Assembly (NCBI GenBank): GCA_002457155.1
Contig: NTJS01000005.1
Span: 1,694-65,693, forward strand
Length of the DNA: 64,000 nt
Direction: 5' to 3'
From: Marine Group II euryarchaeote MED-G35
Lineage (GTDB): Archaea > Thermoplasmatota > Poseidoniia > Poseidoniales > Thalassarchaeaceae
The position numbers were made by a program, and so were the translations under genes. The number at the start of each line of letters is the position of its first letter. Position 1 is the first letter of the stretch. The notes below the pieces were generated by a model that saw only the letters and a program-made list of their open reading frames with translations, made no database searches and had not been told where the DNA came from. Shown piece by piece: positions 54,442 to 63,042 of the stretch.

Positions 54442-55482
54442 TTGACTAACTGGAAGGTTCCGAAGACCCTCACGGCGTGGCTGTTGGGATTGACAATTGT
54501 CGTAATCGGCTTAGGAGGGTTGATTCGAATCTACGATGCGGGGGAGTCTTGTCCAGATTGGCCATTGTGTTTCGGGACATTGGGTTTCGATGTCTCGGAG
54601 GAGGAACAAGAGGAATGGTGGGCTGAGAATCCCGAGGAGGTCGACTCACGTGGTTCTGGACACCGATACTCGACTTTCCAAATCTTCACAGAATGGTCCC
54701 ATAGGTTCCTTGCCGGGGCATTTCTCGGTCCTCTGGTTCTGCTGAACTGGTATCTACTAAGAAGGAATGAAGATCCAGGCAAGGATGTCAGGTTCGCTTC
54801 CACTTTGACGGTGGTCCTGATCATCTGGCAAGGCACAATTGGGTGGTTGACAGTTGAATTGGACAACTTGCATTGGAGCGTTGCACTTCACCTAAGCTCT
54901 GCATTAGCATTCACAATTAGCATGTTTTGGCTATGGTTGACTATCACAAGGGCAGAGGGAGGAGTTCCTGGTTGGTTAGATATCGGGCGTGGGATCTCAA
55001 GCAGATGGCGTAGCAGGGTTACTTGGTTGTCAATCGGAGCATTCATCTCGATCTTCTCTGGAACATTCGTGTCCACCACTCCAGGTGCTAATCTAGGCTG
55101 CGGAGTAGATGGAATGCCGGATTCATGGCCTCTTTGTGGAGGTAATCTGGTGGATTCAGTAGGAGACATAGTATTGCAGTCACAGATGATTCATAGATGG
55201 CTAGTTGGTGTGATGCTGATTGCAATGAGTTCGGCCTCCTACCTCATCTGGAAGGAGTCCGAGGAGGATTCAGGCCGCATTCTGAGGAATTGGATCTGGG
55301 CCTCAACCGGACTCTTCGTTACTAATGCGTCAATTGGTGCGATTTACGTAATCTCCTGGGACATGGAAGAAGGGTTCTTTGAGTTGCTTTCATTGGTTCA
55401 CCTTATTCTGGCTTCACTGACCTTCCTTGCAATGGCAACTGCTTGGATTGGGTGTGCCATTACCACGGAGGAGGTTGTATGA
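54442..55482 (+). CDS. ctaA: Heme A synthase (CtaA/COX15 family)
   Basis: About 8 TM helices. Paired His motifs (EWSHRFLAG, ALHLSSA, MIHRWLVG, LVHLILA) and a Cys pair in an extracytoplasmic loop (CPDWPLC). TTG start. Confidence 0.8.
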   Translation: MTNWKVPKTLTAWLLGLTIVVIGLGGLIRIYDAGESCPDWPLCFGTLGFDVSEEEQEEWWAENPEEVDSRGSGHRYSTFQIFTEWSHRFLAGAFLGPLVLLNWYLLRRNEDPGKDVRFASTLTVVLIIWQGTIGWLTVELDNLHWSVALHLSSALAFTISMFWLWLTITRAEGGVPGWLDIGRGISSRWRSRVTWLSIGAFISIFSGTFVSTTPGANLGCGVDGMPDSWPLCGGNLVDSVGDIVLQSQMIHRWLVGVMLIAMSSASYLIWKESEEDSGRILRNWIWASTGLFVTNASIGAIYVISWDMEEGFFELLSLVHLILASLTFLAMATAWIGCAITTEEVV

Positions 55483-56522
55483 ATTCATCAACAATTGCAG
55501 ACTACTTCTCATTGACGAAGCCGAGAGTTGTCATCCTACTGCAGATTACTGCGATATGCGCAGTGATTGTTCATGACTCACTAGAAGGGGGCCTCTCGGG
55601 AGGGTCGGCTGAAACAATGCTAGTTGTTCTGATTGGCGGTTATCTGACGGCCGGGGGTGCTAACGCGATCAATATGTGGTACGACAGAGACATCGATCCA
55701 ATGATGAGGCGCACAGAAAATAGAGCCATTCCCTCGGGCAAGGTAAGTGCTGAATCGGCTCTATTTTTTGGTATCTCGATATCCTCCTTGGGAGTTGCAT
55801 GGTTCTATTTCATGTCCAATGAGGTTGCTGCCTTCTGGTCAGCATTTAGCATTCTTTTCTACGTCCTTATTTACAGCATGTGGCTGAAGAGAAGTACCCC
55901 TCAGAACATTGTCATCGGAGGTATTGCCGGTTCAACCCCGCCGGTTATTGGATGGGCAGCTAGCGTGGAAGATCTCTCCATCTCCAATAATTCTCTGGAG
56001 GCGTCAATTGAATCCCTATTGGACCTTGGAAGTCCAATGCCTTGGTTCATGTTCATTCTGATTTTCCTATGGACCCCTCCGCACTTCTGGGCCCTTGCCC
56101 TATACAAGTCCAAAGAATACGCAGAGGTAGGCGTCCCAATGTTACCCAACGTGAAAGGGCCAGAACGAACAATTATCGAGATGAAGGTGTATTCAATTCT
56201 GCTAATTCTACTCTCATTTATCGCACCTTTGTCATTTGGAGAGATTCGAGTAAACGAGCGAGATTACCATGTTCTCAGTTGGACGATACTTGGGCTAAGC
56301 GTCTGGTACGCGTCCACGGTTTGGAGAATCGATATTTCTGAAATTCCGGACGAATCGGGGAGAATTGCCAGTGCAGCAAACTCGTTCTTTGTTTCGATGA
56401 TATATCTTGCACTCATGTTCGTAGTCCTGGTTACCGGCAGTTTCGGACAAGTGGGAACAGGTTTTGGAGCTATAGTTTGCTTAGCTTTCATTGGAAGGAC
56501 TGAGTTCAAAGTGAGTTCATAG
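55479..56522 (+). CDS. ctaB: Protoheme IX farnesyltransferase (heme O synthase)
   Basis: UbiA-family motifs NMWYDRDIDPMMRRTENRAIPSG and WTPPHFWALAL. ATG 55479 overlaps the ctaA TGA (ATGA). GGAGGAGG lies 5-12 nt upstream. Confidence 0.9.
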   Translation: MNSSTIADYFSLTKPRVVILLQITAICAVIVHDSLEGGLSGGSAETMLVVLIGGYLTAGGANAINMWYDRDIDPMMRRTENRAIPSGKVSAESALFFGISISSLGVAWFYFMSNEVAAFWSAFSILFYVLIYSMWLKRSTPQNIVIGGIAGSTPPVIGWAASVEDLSISNNSLEASIESLLDLGSPMPWFMFILIFLWTPPHFWALALYKSKEYAEVGVPMLPNVKGPERTIIEMKVYSILLILLSFIAPLSFGEIRVNERDYHVLSWTILGLSVWYASTVWRIDISEIPDESGRIASAANSFFVSMIYLALMFVVLVTGSFGQVGTGFGAIVCLAFIGRTEFKVSS

Positions 56523-56574
56523 CCCCCGATGGCTTCAAACACCGGGCGTACCATGGGAGGGCAGGGGTGAGACA

Positions 56575-57831
56575 GTGGAAGAGCATGACCTAATCTATGA
56601 CTGGAATTCTATTGACTACTCCATTGATAGAGACGAGTCCAATCACCCCCATGAGTTGTGGTTTGACGATGAAACTCTCAGAGACGGACTGCAGAGTCCA
56701 AGCGCCAGGAACCCTTCCATAGAACAGAAGATAGAATTGATTGACTACATGGAGAGTCTTGGAATTCAGAAGGTGGACCTAGGGCTTCCCGGGGCGGGTC
56801 CTTTCCATGTCGACCACATAGATGCAATGCTGAAACACATGGGCGATGGGGGCTACAATCTGCGCCCTGGATGCGCAGTTAGAACTGTGGTCTCCGATAT
56901 TGAGCCGCTAGTTGACTTGCAAGCAAAACACGAGACGCAGATCCAGGCTAGTGCCTTTCTTGGGACGAGTCCGATTAGGCAGTTTGCCGAGGGATGGACG
57001 ATGGACAAGATCATCTCCACGGCGGAAAAGGCAGTCACATTCGCTGTCGACAACGACATTCCAGTAATGTTCGTTACCGAGGATACCACTAGAAGCAAAC
57101 CAGAAGAAATCAAGGAAGTCTACTCAAGGGCTATCGAATTAGGGGCCGACAGGATTTGCGTGTGTGACACCTGCGGGCATGTAACTCCTAATGGAGTCAG
57201 GAAGCTCCTAGGGTTCATTCAAGATGAAGTGATTCCAGACTCGGGAGTGAAAAGGAGGGACATCGAGGTAAACTGGCACGGGCATCAAGACAGGGGTCTG
57301 GGAGTAGCGAACAATCTAGCTGCCTACGAAGCAGGTGCCGATGTAATCCATGGAACGGCCCTAGGCGTGGGGGAAAGAGCGGGGAATGCCCCCCTGGACC
57401 AGACTCTGGTAAATCTGAGTTTGATGGGGGTGATCAAGAATGACCTTACTATGCTGAACGAATACACTAGGAAGGCGCACGAATACGTTGAAGTCGCGCT
57501 ACCTCACAATTACCCCGTGTTCGGCGATGATGCTTTCGAGACTGGTACCGGAGTCCACGCATCAGCGGTAATCAAGGCGATGAACAAAGGGGACAACTGG
57601 CTTGCTGATCGAGTCTACTCTGGAGTTCCTGCAGGTGATTTCGGTCTTCAACAGGTCATCAGGATTGGTCACATGAGCGGCCGGTCGAATGTGATTCACT
57701 GGCTGGAGAGGAATGGGTACGCAGCCGAAGACGATCTGGTTGCACATATGTTCGAGGTAGCGAAGAGTCAGAGGAGAATGATGACGGATGATGAAGTCCA
57801 CTCTGCGATATCTGAGTTCAGAGGAGAATAG
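56575..57831 (+). CDS. HMGL-like aldolase of the 2-isopropylmalate / homocitrate / citramalate synthase family (no C-terminal regulatory domain)
   Basis: Motifs DETLRDGLQS, HGHQDRGLGVANNLAA and GTALGVGERAGNAPL. At 418 aa it is too short to carry a LeuA allosteric domain. Substrate is not assignable. Confidence 0.75.
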   Translation: MEEHDLIYDWNSIDYSIDRDESNHPHELWFDDETLRDGLQSPSARNPSIEQKIELIDYMESLGIQKVDLGLPGAGPFHVDHIDAMLKHMGDGGYNLRPGCAVRTVVSDIEPLVDLQAKHETQIQASAFLGTSPIRQFAEGWTMDKIISTAEKAVTFAVDNDIPVMFVTEDTTRSKPEEIKEVYSRAIELGADRICVCDTCGHVTPNGVRKLLGFIQDEVIPDSGVKRRDIEVNWHGHQDRGLGVANNLAAYEAGADVIHGTALGVGERAGNAPLDQTLVNLSLMGVIKNDLTMLNEYTRKAHEYVEVALPHNYPVFGDDAFETGTGVHASAVIKAMNKGDNWLADRVYSGVPAGDFGLQQVIRIGHMSGRSNVIHWLERNGYAAEDDLVAHMFEVAKSQRRMMTDDEVHSAISEFRGE

Positions 57832-57979
57832 GTAACAATTGGGACCTGTTGGATACGTAATGGATGTGGGTCTTCGTCAATTTTCTCCAGTGGGGAAGCC
57901 CCAGCACCATATTGTAACGTTGATAGTCAACTAGCAACGAAACCGAACGGCTATATTCTCCAGATTCCCGAGATGGGTT

Positions 57980-60900
57980 GTGAGAGTCGCATCCTTGATA
58001 ATCGTGATAATGGTTTTCGCACCATTTGGCCAGGCTTTGGCAGACGTAGAAGATGTGGATTCCGCTCCTACCGTTTTCAATGATGTAATGCAATCCTATT
58101 CGAGAACGGTTCAGATAGCCTTCGAAAGGGTCTCTGACTTGAGTTTGTACCACGGAGATTCTCTTGCTAAGGTTAATTCGTGGCTAGTAGTTTCAGGGGT
58201 AGCAATTGAGAATCACCGCAATACAGAAGCGCAACCTGATGAAATCGAGCCATTGGCGCTTCTCAAGGGATCATATATCTGGACGTTCGATGATTCCAAT
58301 ACTGCTCTCGGAGATCTCACTAAGTCATTTGAGAAAGGTGAAATCGAGTCATTCTCTCCACTAATTGAGAGGACCTTCTCACCAAGATTCGAGCCCAATG
58401 ACCCGTACTTCGATGATCAATGGCACCTAAACAACTCTGGGCAAACAAATGGGGAGATCGGTGAGGATGCTAATGTAGTGGGAGTCTGGGACTCATTCAA
58501 TGGTTCGGGAGTAGTAATCAGTGTGATTGACGATGGTGTGGAACATTCGCACCCTGATCTTTCTGACAACTACGTGTCAGTGCATTCCTACGACTGGTGT
58601 GGTGATGACGCTGACCCCGACCCCAACTCCTCCGATGGTCACGGGACAGCAGTAGCCGGTGTTGCGGCTGGAACCGGAAATAACTCAGTTGGAGTTACAG
58701 GTGCTGCCTTTGGTGCCAGTATTGCGGGGCACAGGCTGATTGCTTGTGGTTTTTCAGATTCTACTTCTGCTGATGCATTGAGCTATCACAATGGTGAGAT
58801 AGACATCTACTCAAACTCTTGGGGCCCGTTTGACTCTGGTAACATCCTCGATGGCCCGGGTCCGATAACTATCGCTGCAATTGAAGACTCAATTTACAAT
58901 GGAAGGTCTGGGCTTGGGAACATATACACATGGGCTGCAGGTAACGGACTGGATGCTGATGACAATTCTAACTACGATGGATATTCCAATAGTAGATACT
59001 CAATTGCAGTCGCAGCGATTACTCATTACGGAGAGCAGTCTTGGTATTCTGAACCCGGTGCAAACATCTTGGTTACGGCTCACTCTAATGGAGGGATACC
59101 CCAAGGGAACTACGAGGGGATCACGACAACCGACATTACTGGCTCCGGTGGTTACGACGGTGGAGACGTTACCCATGACTTTGGGGGAACCTCGAGTGCC
59201 ACACCTCTGGTTTCCGGGGTCATTGCCCTGGTTCTCGAGGCTAATCCGGATCTGACTTGGAGAGACGTCCAGAATATCCTAGTCCATTCCTCAAGAAAGA
59301 ACGATGCTAATGACTCATCTTGGAACATGAACGGAGCAGGTCATGACGTGTCCCACAAGTTCGGCTTCGGTGCTGTAGACGCTGGTGCAGCAGTTTCACT
59401 GGCGCAGAATTGGAGCAGTAGTGGTGAAGAGAGCAATGCTAGCTTTGGGCCATACACCCCTAATACTGGGATTGACAATGGGCCTTCGACTTGGACTGAG
59501 TTTAATCTCTCAGTACCAGTAGACTTGAGGTTAGAGTCGATTGATGTGATTGTGGACATCACCCACGACGCTAGAGGGGAGTTGGACATAGTCCTCCAAT
59601 CCCCAAGTGGACATGAGTCTTGGCTCGCAGAGGAACACACTGACAACAACGCGGACTACTCAAATTGGAGGTTCGGCACCGTACAGCACTGGGATGAGTC
59701 TTCACAAGGCGAATGGAAGTTGAAAGTGAGAGATGCCGTTTCTGGATCAAACTCGGGAACGGTTAACTCTTGGGAAGTGATTCTCCATGGAGTCGGGAAC
59801 GTGACTGACTTTGACGGAGACGGATGGCCAGACTACAATGATGAAGATGATGATAACGATGGGTGGAACGACACCGCTGAGCAATCTTGCTCAACTGACC
59901 CACTGGACAACTCCTCGACCCCCACGGACACCGACGCTGACGGGGACTGCGACTTCCTGGACGACGATGACGATGGGGACGGGTACGGGGATCTGGAAGA
60001 GCAGTCTTGCTCAACTGACCCACTGGACAACTCCTCGACCCCCACGGACACCGACGCTGACGGGGACTGCGACTTCCTGGACGACGATGACGATGGGGAC
60101 GGGTTGAGCGATTACAACGAGACTCAGAATCACAAGACCAATCCGTTGGATCCGGACACGGACGGGGACATCTTGAACGACTACGAAGAAATTGTGGTCT
60201 ATGGCACCAATGCAATCAATCCGGACACTGACAATGAGGGCCTAGATGACTACGAAGAGGTGATTATTTACGGGACCAACCCTAACTCGGAAGACTCGGA
60301 TGGTGATGGTTTGAATGACTACGATGAGGTTGTTAACTGGTTGTCGGATCCTCTCACATTTGACCCAGATAACGACTCAGATGAATACTATCACTTCATT
60401 GACTGCGATGATAATGATGCAAGTGTTAACCCCGGAATGCAGGAATTGCTAAACGGGAAGGATGACGATTGCGACGGATTAGAGGACGAGGGTTACAATG
60501 AATCTGATCAAGATGGTGATGGTTTGTCTGACTGGGATGAGTTCCATGTCCATGGAACCAGTCCAATTAATCCAGATTCAGATGACGATGGGATCTCAGA
60601 TGACCAGGAGGTTGAGGTGTATGGAAGCGATCCATTGACCGTGGATTTGGACATTGATGGTGACGGTGCCTATTGGTTCGAGGATTGCGATGATAATGAC
60701 TCTAATTTTGCTCCAGGGGTCCCAGAGATTCTAGATGGGATGGACAATGACTGCGATGAGGAAAGTGATGAGGACTTCTTATGGGTAGACTCGGATGGAG
60801 ATGGCATTACTGACTACTCAGAATTCCATTACTTCTCCACTGACCCAGGCAACGGAGACTCAGATGGTGATGGCCTGCCTGATGGAGTAGAGTTGAACGA

Positions 60901-61987
60901 ATTGATGTCGGATCCACTCGTTGCAGACCCAGATGCCGATCTAGATGGTTGGTATCACTTCCAGGACTGTGATGATGATGATTTCGAAAGAGCACCGGAG
61001 AGACCGGAGGAGCTTGATGGGAAAGACAATGACTGCGACGAAGTTGTAGACGAAGACTTCTACGATATTGATACTGATGGGGACGGGTTATCTGACTACT
61101 CCGAGTACCACAACTATAGCACGATGTTCGACTCTGCTGATTCAGATCAAGATGGTGTAGACGATGGGACCGAGGTCGCTCGTGGACTCTCAAGTCCTGT
61201 TTTTGCTGACTACGACAAGGACAATGACGGTTTCTACGAGTACGAAGACTGTGACGATCTTGTGGGAAGCACATTCCCTGGTGCTATAGAACAGTGGAAT
61301 GGAATTGACGATGACTGTGACGAGGTGAAAGACGAGTTCGTTAACAGGCTGGACCTAGTTCTTGCAAACTATGAGAAGTCGGGTGGAACAGTGTACCTAA
61401 GCAATGGTGAGATCTACGATGGACCCTATTCATACGAGGAATTGCCCGTGCATTGGGACTCGGCAAACGAGTCTTTTGGTATCTCGCTATCCGGAATCCA
61501 GTCATCGATCGACGCAACCATCTCTTGGTCGATGAGTGGTTACTCCCTTGAAATGAATGCTAGCGATAGTGGGAAGGAGATTCTGCTACTTCCCATCAAT
61601 TGCAAGAATCCAATTAGTGATCTTCAGGTGCAAGTTTGCGATGAAGGAGCGTCGGTACAGAAGATTAGGGTCATTATCTCGGAAGGTGAGTACGTAACAG
61701 AGATTGAATGGAGCGTTATGGTGTCGACTTGGTTCGAGCCGGAATCAGAGAACAGGTTCTTAGCGGCCATTTCAAGTCCTGCTGGCATAATCGGAATAAT
61801 CGTTCTTCTAATCAGCCTAACCGGTGGTGGAGCATTAATTGGAGCCAGGATTTCTCGATCCAGGGAACTGCAAGAGGCACTGGAGGCATATGGGGTGAGT
61901 CCGGAGAGATTGGCTATTCGTCCAGAGAATAAGGGCGTGGAGCTACCAGAGGCACCGAGCTTTGCATGGTCAAATGATGAAAAATGA
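57980..61987 (+). CDS. Secreted kexin/furin-like S8 protease with P domain, thrombospondin type 3 repeats, reiterated Cys-rich DCDDxD...DNDCD modules and C-terminal TM anchor
   Basis: GTG start with signal peptide RVASLIIVIMVFAPFGQALA. DPYFDDQWHLNNSG. Asp 58529-58531 (VIDDG), His 58640-58642 (DGHGTAVAG), Ser 59192-59194 (GGTSSATP). P-domain end GEWKLKVRD...GTVNSWEVILHG. TM GIIGIIVLLISLTGGGALIG. Confidence 0.85.
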   Translation: MRVASLIIVIMVFAPFGQALADVEDVDSAPTVFNDVMQSYSRTVQIAFERVSDLSLYHGDSLAKVNSWLVVSGVAIENHRNTEAQPDEIEPLALLKGSYIWTFDDSNTALGDLTKSFEKGEIESFSPLIERTFSPRFEPNDPYFDDQWHLNNSGQTNGEIGEDANVVGVWDSFNGSGVVISVIDDGVEHSHPDLSDNYVSVHSYDWCGDDADPDPNSSDGHGTAVAGVAAGTGNNSVGVTGAAFGASIAGHRLIACGFSDSTSADALSYHNGEIDIYSNSWGPFDSGNILDGPGPITIAAIEDSIYNGRSGLGNIYTWAAGNGLDADDNSNYDGYSNSRYSIAVAAITHYGEQSWYSEPGANILVTAHSNGGIPQGNYEGITTTDITGSGGYDGGDVTHDFGGTSSATPLVSGVIALVLEANPDLTWRDVQNILVHSSRKNDANDSSWNMNGAGHDVSHKFGFGAVDAGAAVSLAQNWSSSGEESNASFGPYTPNTGIDNGPSTWTEFNLSVPVDLRLESIDVIVDITHDARGELDIVLQSPSGHESWLAEEHTDNNADYSNWRFGTVQHWDESSQGEWKLKVRDAVSGSNSGTVNSWEVILHGVGNVTDFDGDGWPDYNDEDDDNDGWNDTAEQSCSTDPLDNSSTPTDTDADGDCDFLDDDDDGDGYGDLEEQSCSTDPLDNSSTPTDTDADGDCDFLDDDDDGDGLSDYNETQNHKTNPLDPDTDGDILNDYEEIVVYGTNAINPDTDNEGLDDYEEVIIYGTNPNSEDSDGDGLNDYDEVVNWLSDPLTFDPDNDSDEYYHFIDCDDNDASVNPGMQELLNGKDDDCDGLEDEGYNESDQDGDGLSDWDEFHVHGTSPINPDSDDDGISDDQEVEVYGSDPLTVDLDIDGDGAYWFEDCDDNDSNFAPGVPEILDGMDNDCDEESDEDFLWVDSDGDGITDYSEFHYFSTDPGNGDSDGDGLPDGVELNELMSDPLVADPDADLDGWYHFQDCDDDDFERAPERPEELDGKDNDCDEVVDEDFYDIDTDGDGLSDYSEYHNYSTMFDSADSDQDGVDDGTEVARGLSSPVFADYDKDNDGFYEYEDCDDLVGSTFPGAIEQWNGIDDDCDEVKDEFVNRLDLVLANYEKSGGTVYLSNGEIYDGPYSYEELPVHWDSANESFGISLSGIQSSIDATISWSMSGYSLEMNASDSGKEILLLPINCKNPISDLQVQVCDEGASVQKIRVIISEGEYVTEIEWSVMVSTWFEPESENRFLAAISSPAGIIGIIVLLISLTGGGALIGARISRSRELQEALEAYGVSPERLAIRPENKGVELPEAPSFAWSNDEK
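59879..60104 (+). repeat. Near-perfect 120-bp tandem duplication (coding)
   Basis: 59879-59984 and 59999-60104 differ at one position (59884 a vs 60004 g). Both encode EQSCSTDPLDNSSTPTDTDADGDCDFLDDDDDGDG. Confidence 0.95.
60365..61350 (+). repeat. About 282-bp (94-aa) supermodule repeated about 3.5 times (coding)
   Basis: Modules start near 60365, 60645, 60927 and 61208. Each has an aromatic-rich xYxFxDCDDxD...PG..E..(N/D)G.D(D/N)DCD(E/G) motif followed by two DxDGDG(L/I)xD(Y/W)xE units. Confidence 0.8.
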
Positions 61988-62060
61988 TGTCACTGTGGCC
62001 ATTAAATAACCCAACGAAGAATGGGATTTCGAGGATGAAAATCACTCCTTAGGATTCATA

Positions 62061-63011
62061 TTGTCTGACTGGGAGCGTCAAACGAGAGTCGGTATGAGCA
62101 TTCGAAGTAAACTTGTTTCTGGGCTACTTCTTCGGCCAAGCAAATTCCTATATCGTATCTTTCGACCCTCTCCGAGGACACTCAGGTTGATTATCCACCC
62201 CATATCATCGGTTGCTAGTCTTCTTGCATCTCCTACTCTAAGGGCTACTTGTGAGAAAGAAGATTTTGATGGGGTTCCAGGAGTTGTTTTTCACCCCATT
62301 AAGGGCAGTGACTCACGAAGAGTCCTCGTATACTTGCATGGGGGTGGTTATTGCTGGGGTTCGTCGAAGAGCACACATCGGGTTGGGTTGTCTAACTTTG
62401 CCAGTATTTCTGGGATGTCGATATATTGCATTGAGTATAGATTGGCTCCAGAGAACCCATATCCAGCTGCACTTGAAGATGCGATTAAGGCTTGGAATAG
62501 CATCTCAAGAAGGTTTTCCGAATCAGAGATCATTCTAGCAGGAGACTCGGCTGGCGGAGGTTTGAGTCTGGCACTGATGATGAGTATTCGTGACAACGGG
62601 GCCAGGATGCCGGATGCATCGATACTTTTCTCGCCCTGGACTGACCTTACATGTTCGTCAGAATCTTACAGCACCAGGGCCAAGTCTGAGCCGATGTTCC
62701 CAAAAGAAGCCCCGAAGGATCACGCTAGAAACTATGTCCCTGGGGAAATCGATGCTTCTATTCCAGAAATCTCTCCAGTGAATGGTAGTTTCATAGGATT
62801 TCCAAGGATGCTAATTCTAGTTGGGGATAGGGAGATTCTGCTTGACGACAGTAGGAGGGTATGTGACAAGGCATCTGAAGATGGAGTAGATGTGAGGATG
62901 GAAATCTGGCCGGATATGTTTCACGATTGGTGGCTGTTTGGATTATTAGTTCCTGAATCAAGAAAATGTCTCCAAAAGGCGACAAGATGGATTTATCTGA
63001 ATGATGAATGA
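62061..63011 (+). CDS. Alpha/beta hydrolase, hormone-sensitive-lipase-type esterase/lipase
   Basis: Oxyanion motif LHGGGY and nucleophile elbow GDSAGG. C-terminal D...H (DMFHDW). The probable real start is ATG 62094 (MSIRSKL). Confidence 0.8.
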   Translation: MSDWERQTRVGMSIRSKLVSGLLLRPSKFLYRIFRPSPRTLRLIIHPISSVASLLASPTLRATCEKEDFDGVPGVVFHPIKGSDSRRVLVYLHGGGYCWGSSKSTHRVGLSNFASISGMSIYCIEYRLAPENPYPAALEDAIKAWNSISRRFSESEIILAGDSAGGGLSLALMMSIRDNGARMPDASILFSPWTDLTCSSESYSTRAKSEPMFPKEAPKDHARNYVPGEIDASIPEISPVNGSFIGFPRMLILVGDREILLDDSRRVCDKASEDGVDVRMEIWPDMFHDWWLFGLLVPESRKCLQKATRWIYLNDE

Positions 63012-63042
63012 ATTAACTAGGTCAACCTGTTCGGAATTGAAT

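Noticed and set aside
59879-60104. Near-identical direct repeats, and the 150-bp periodic repeats at 17938-20530, considered as a possible CRISPR or other non-coding repeat array.
   Set aside because: Both are in-frame parts of long ORFs encoding protein repeats (TSP3/Cys modules, RCC1 blades). The first has only two copies, no unique spacers of CRISPR type and no cas genes.
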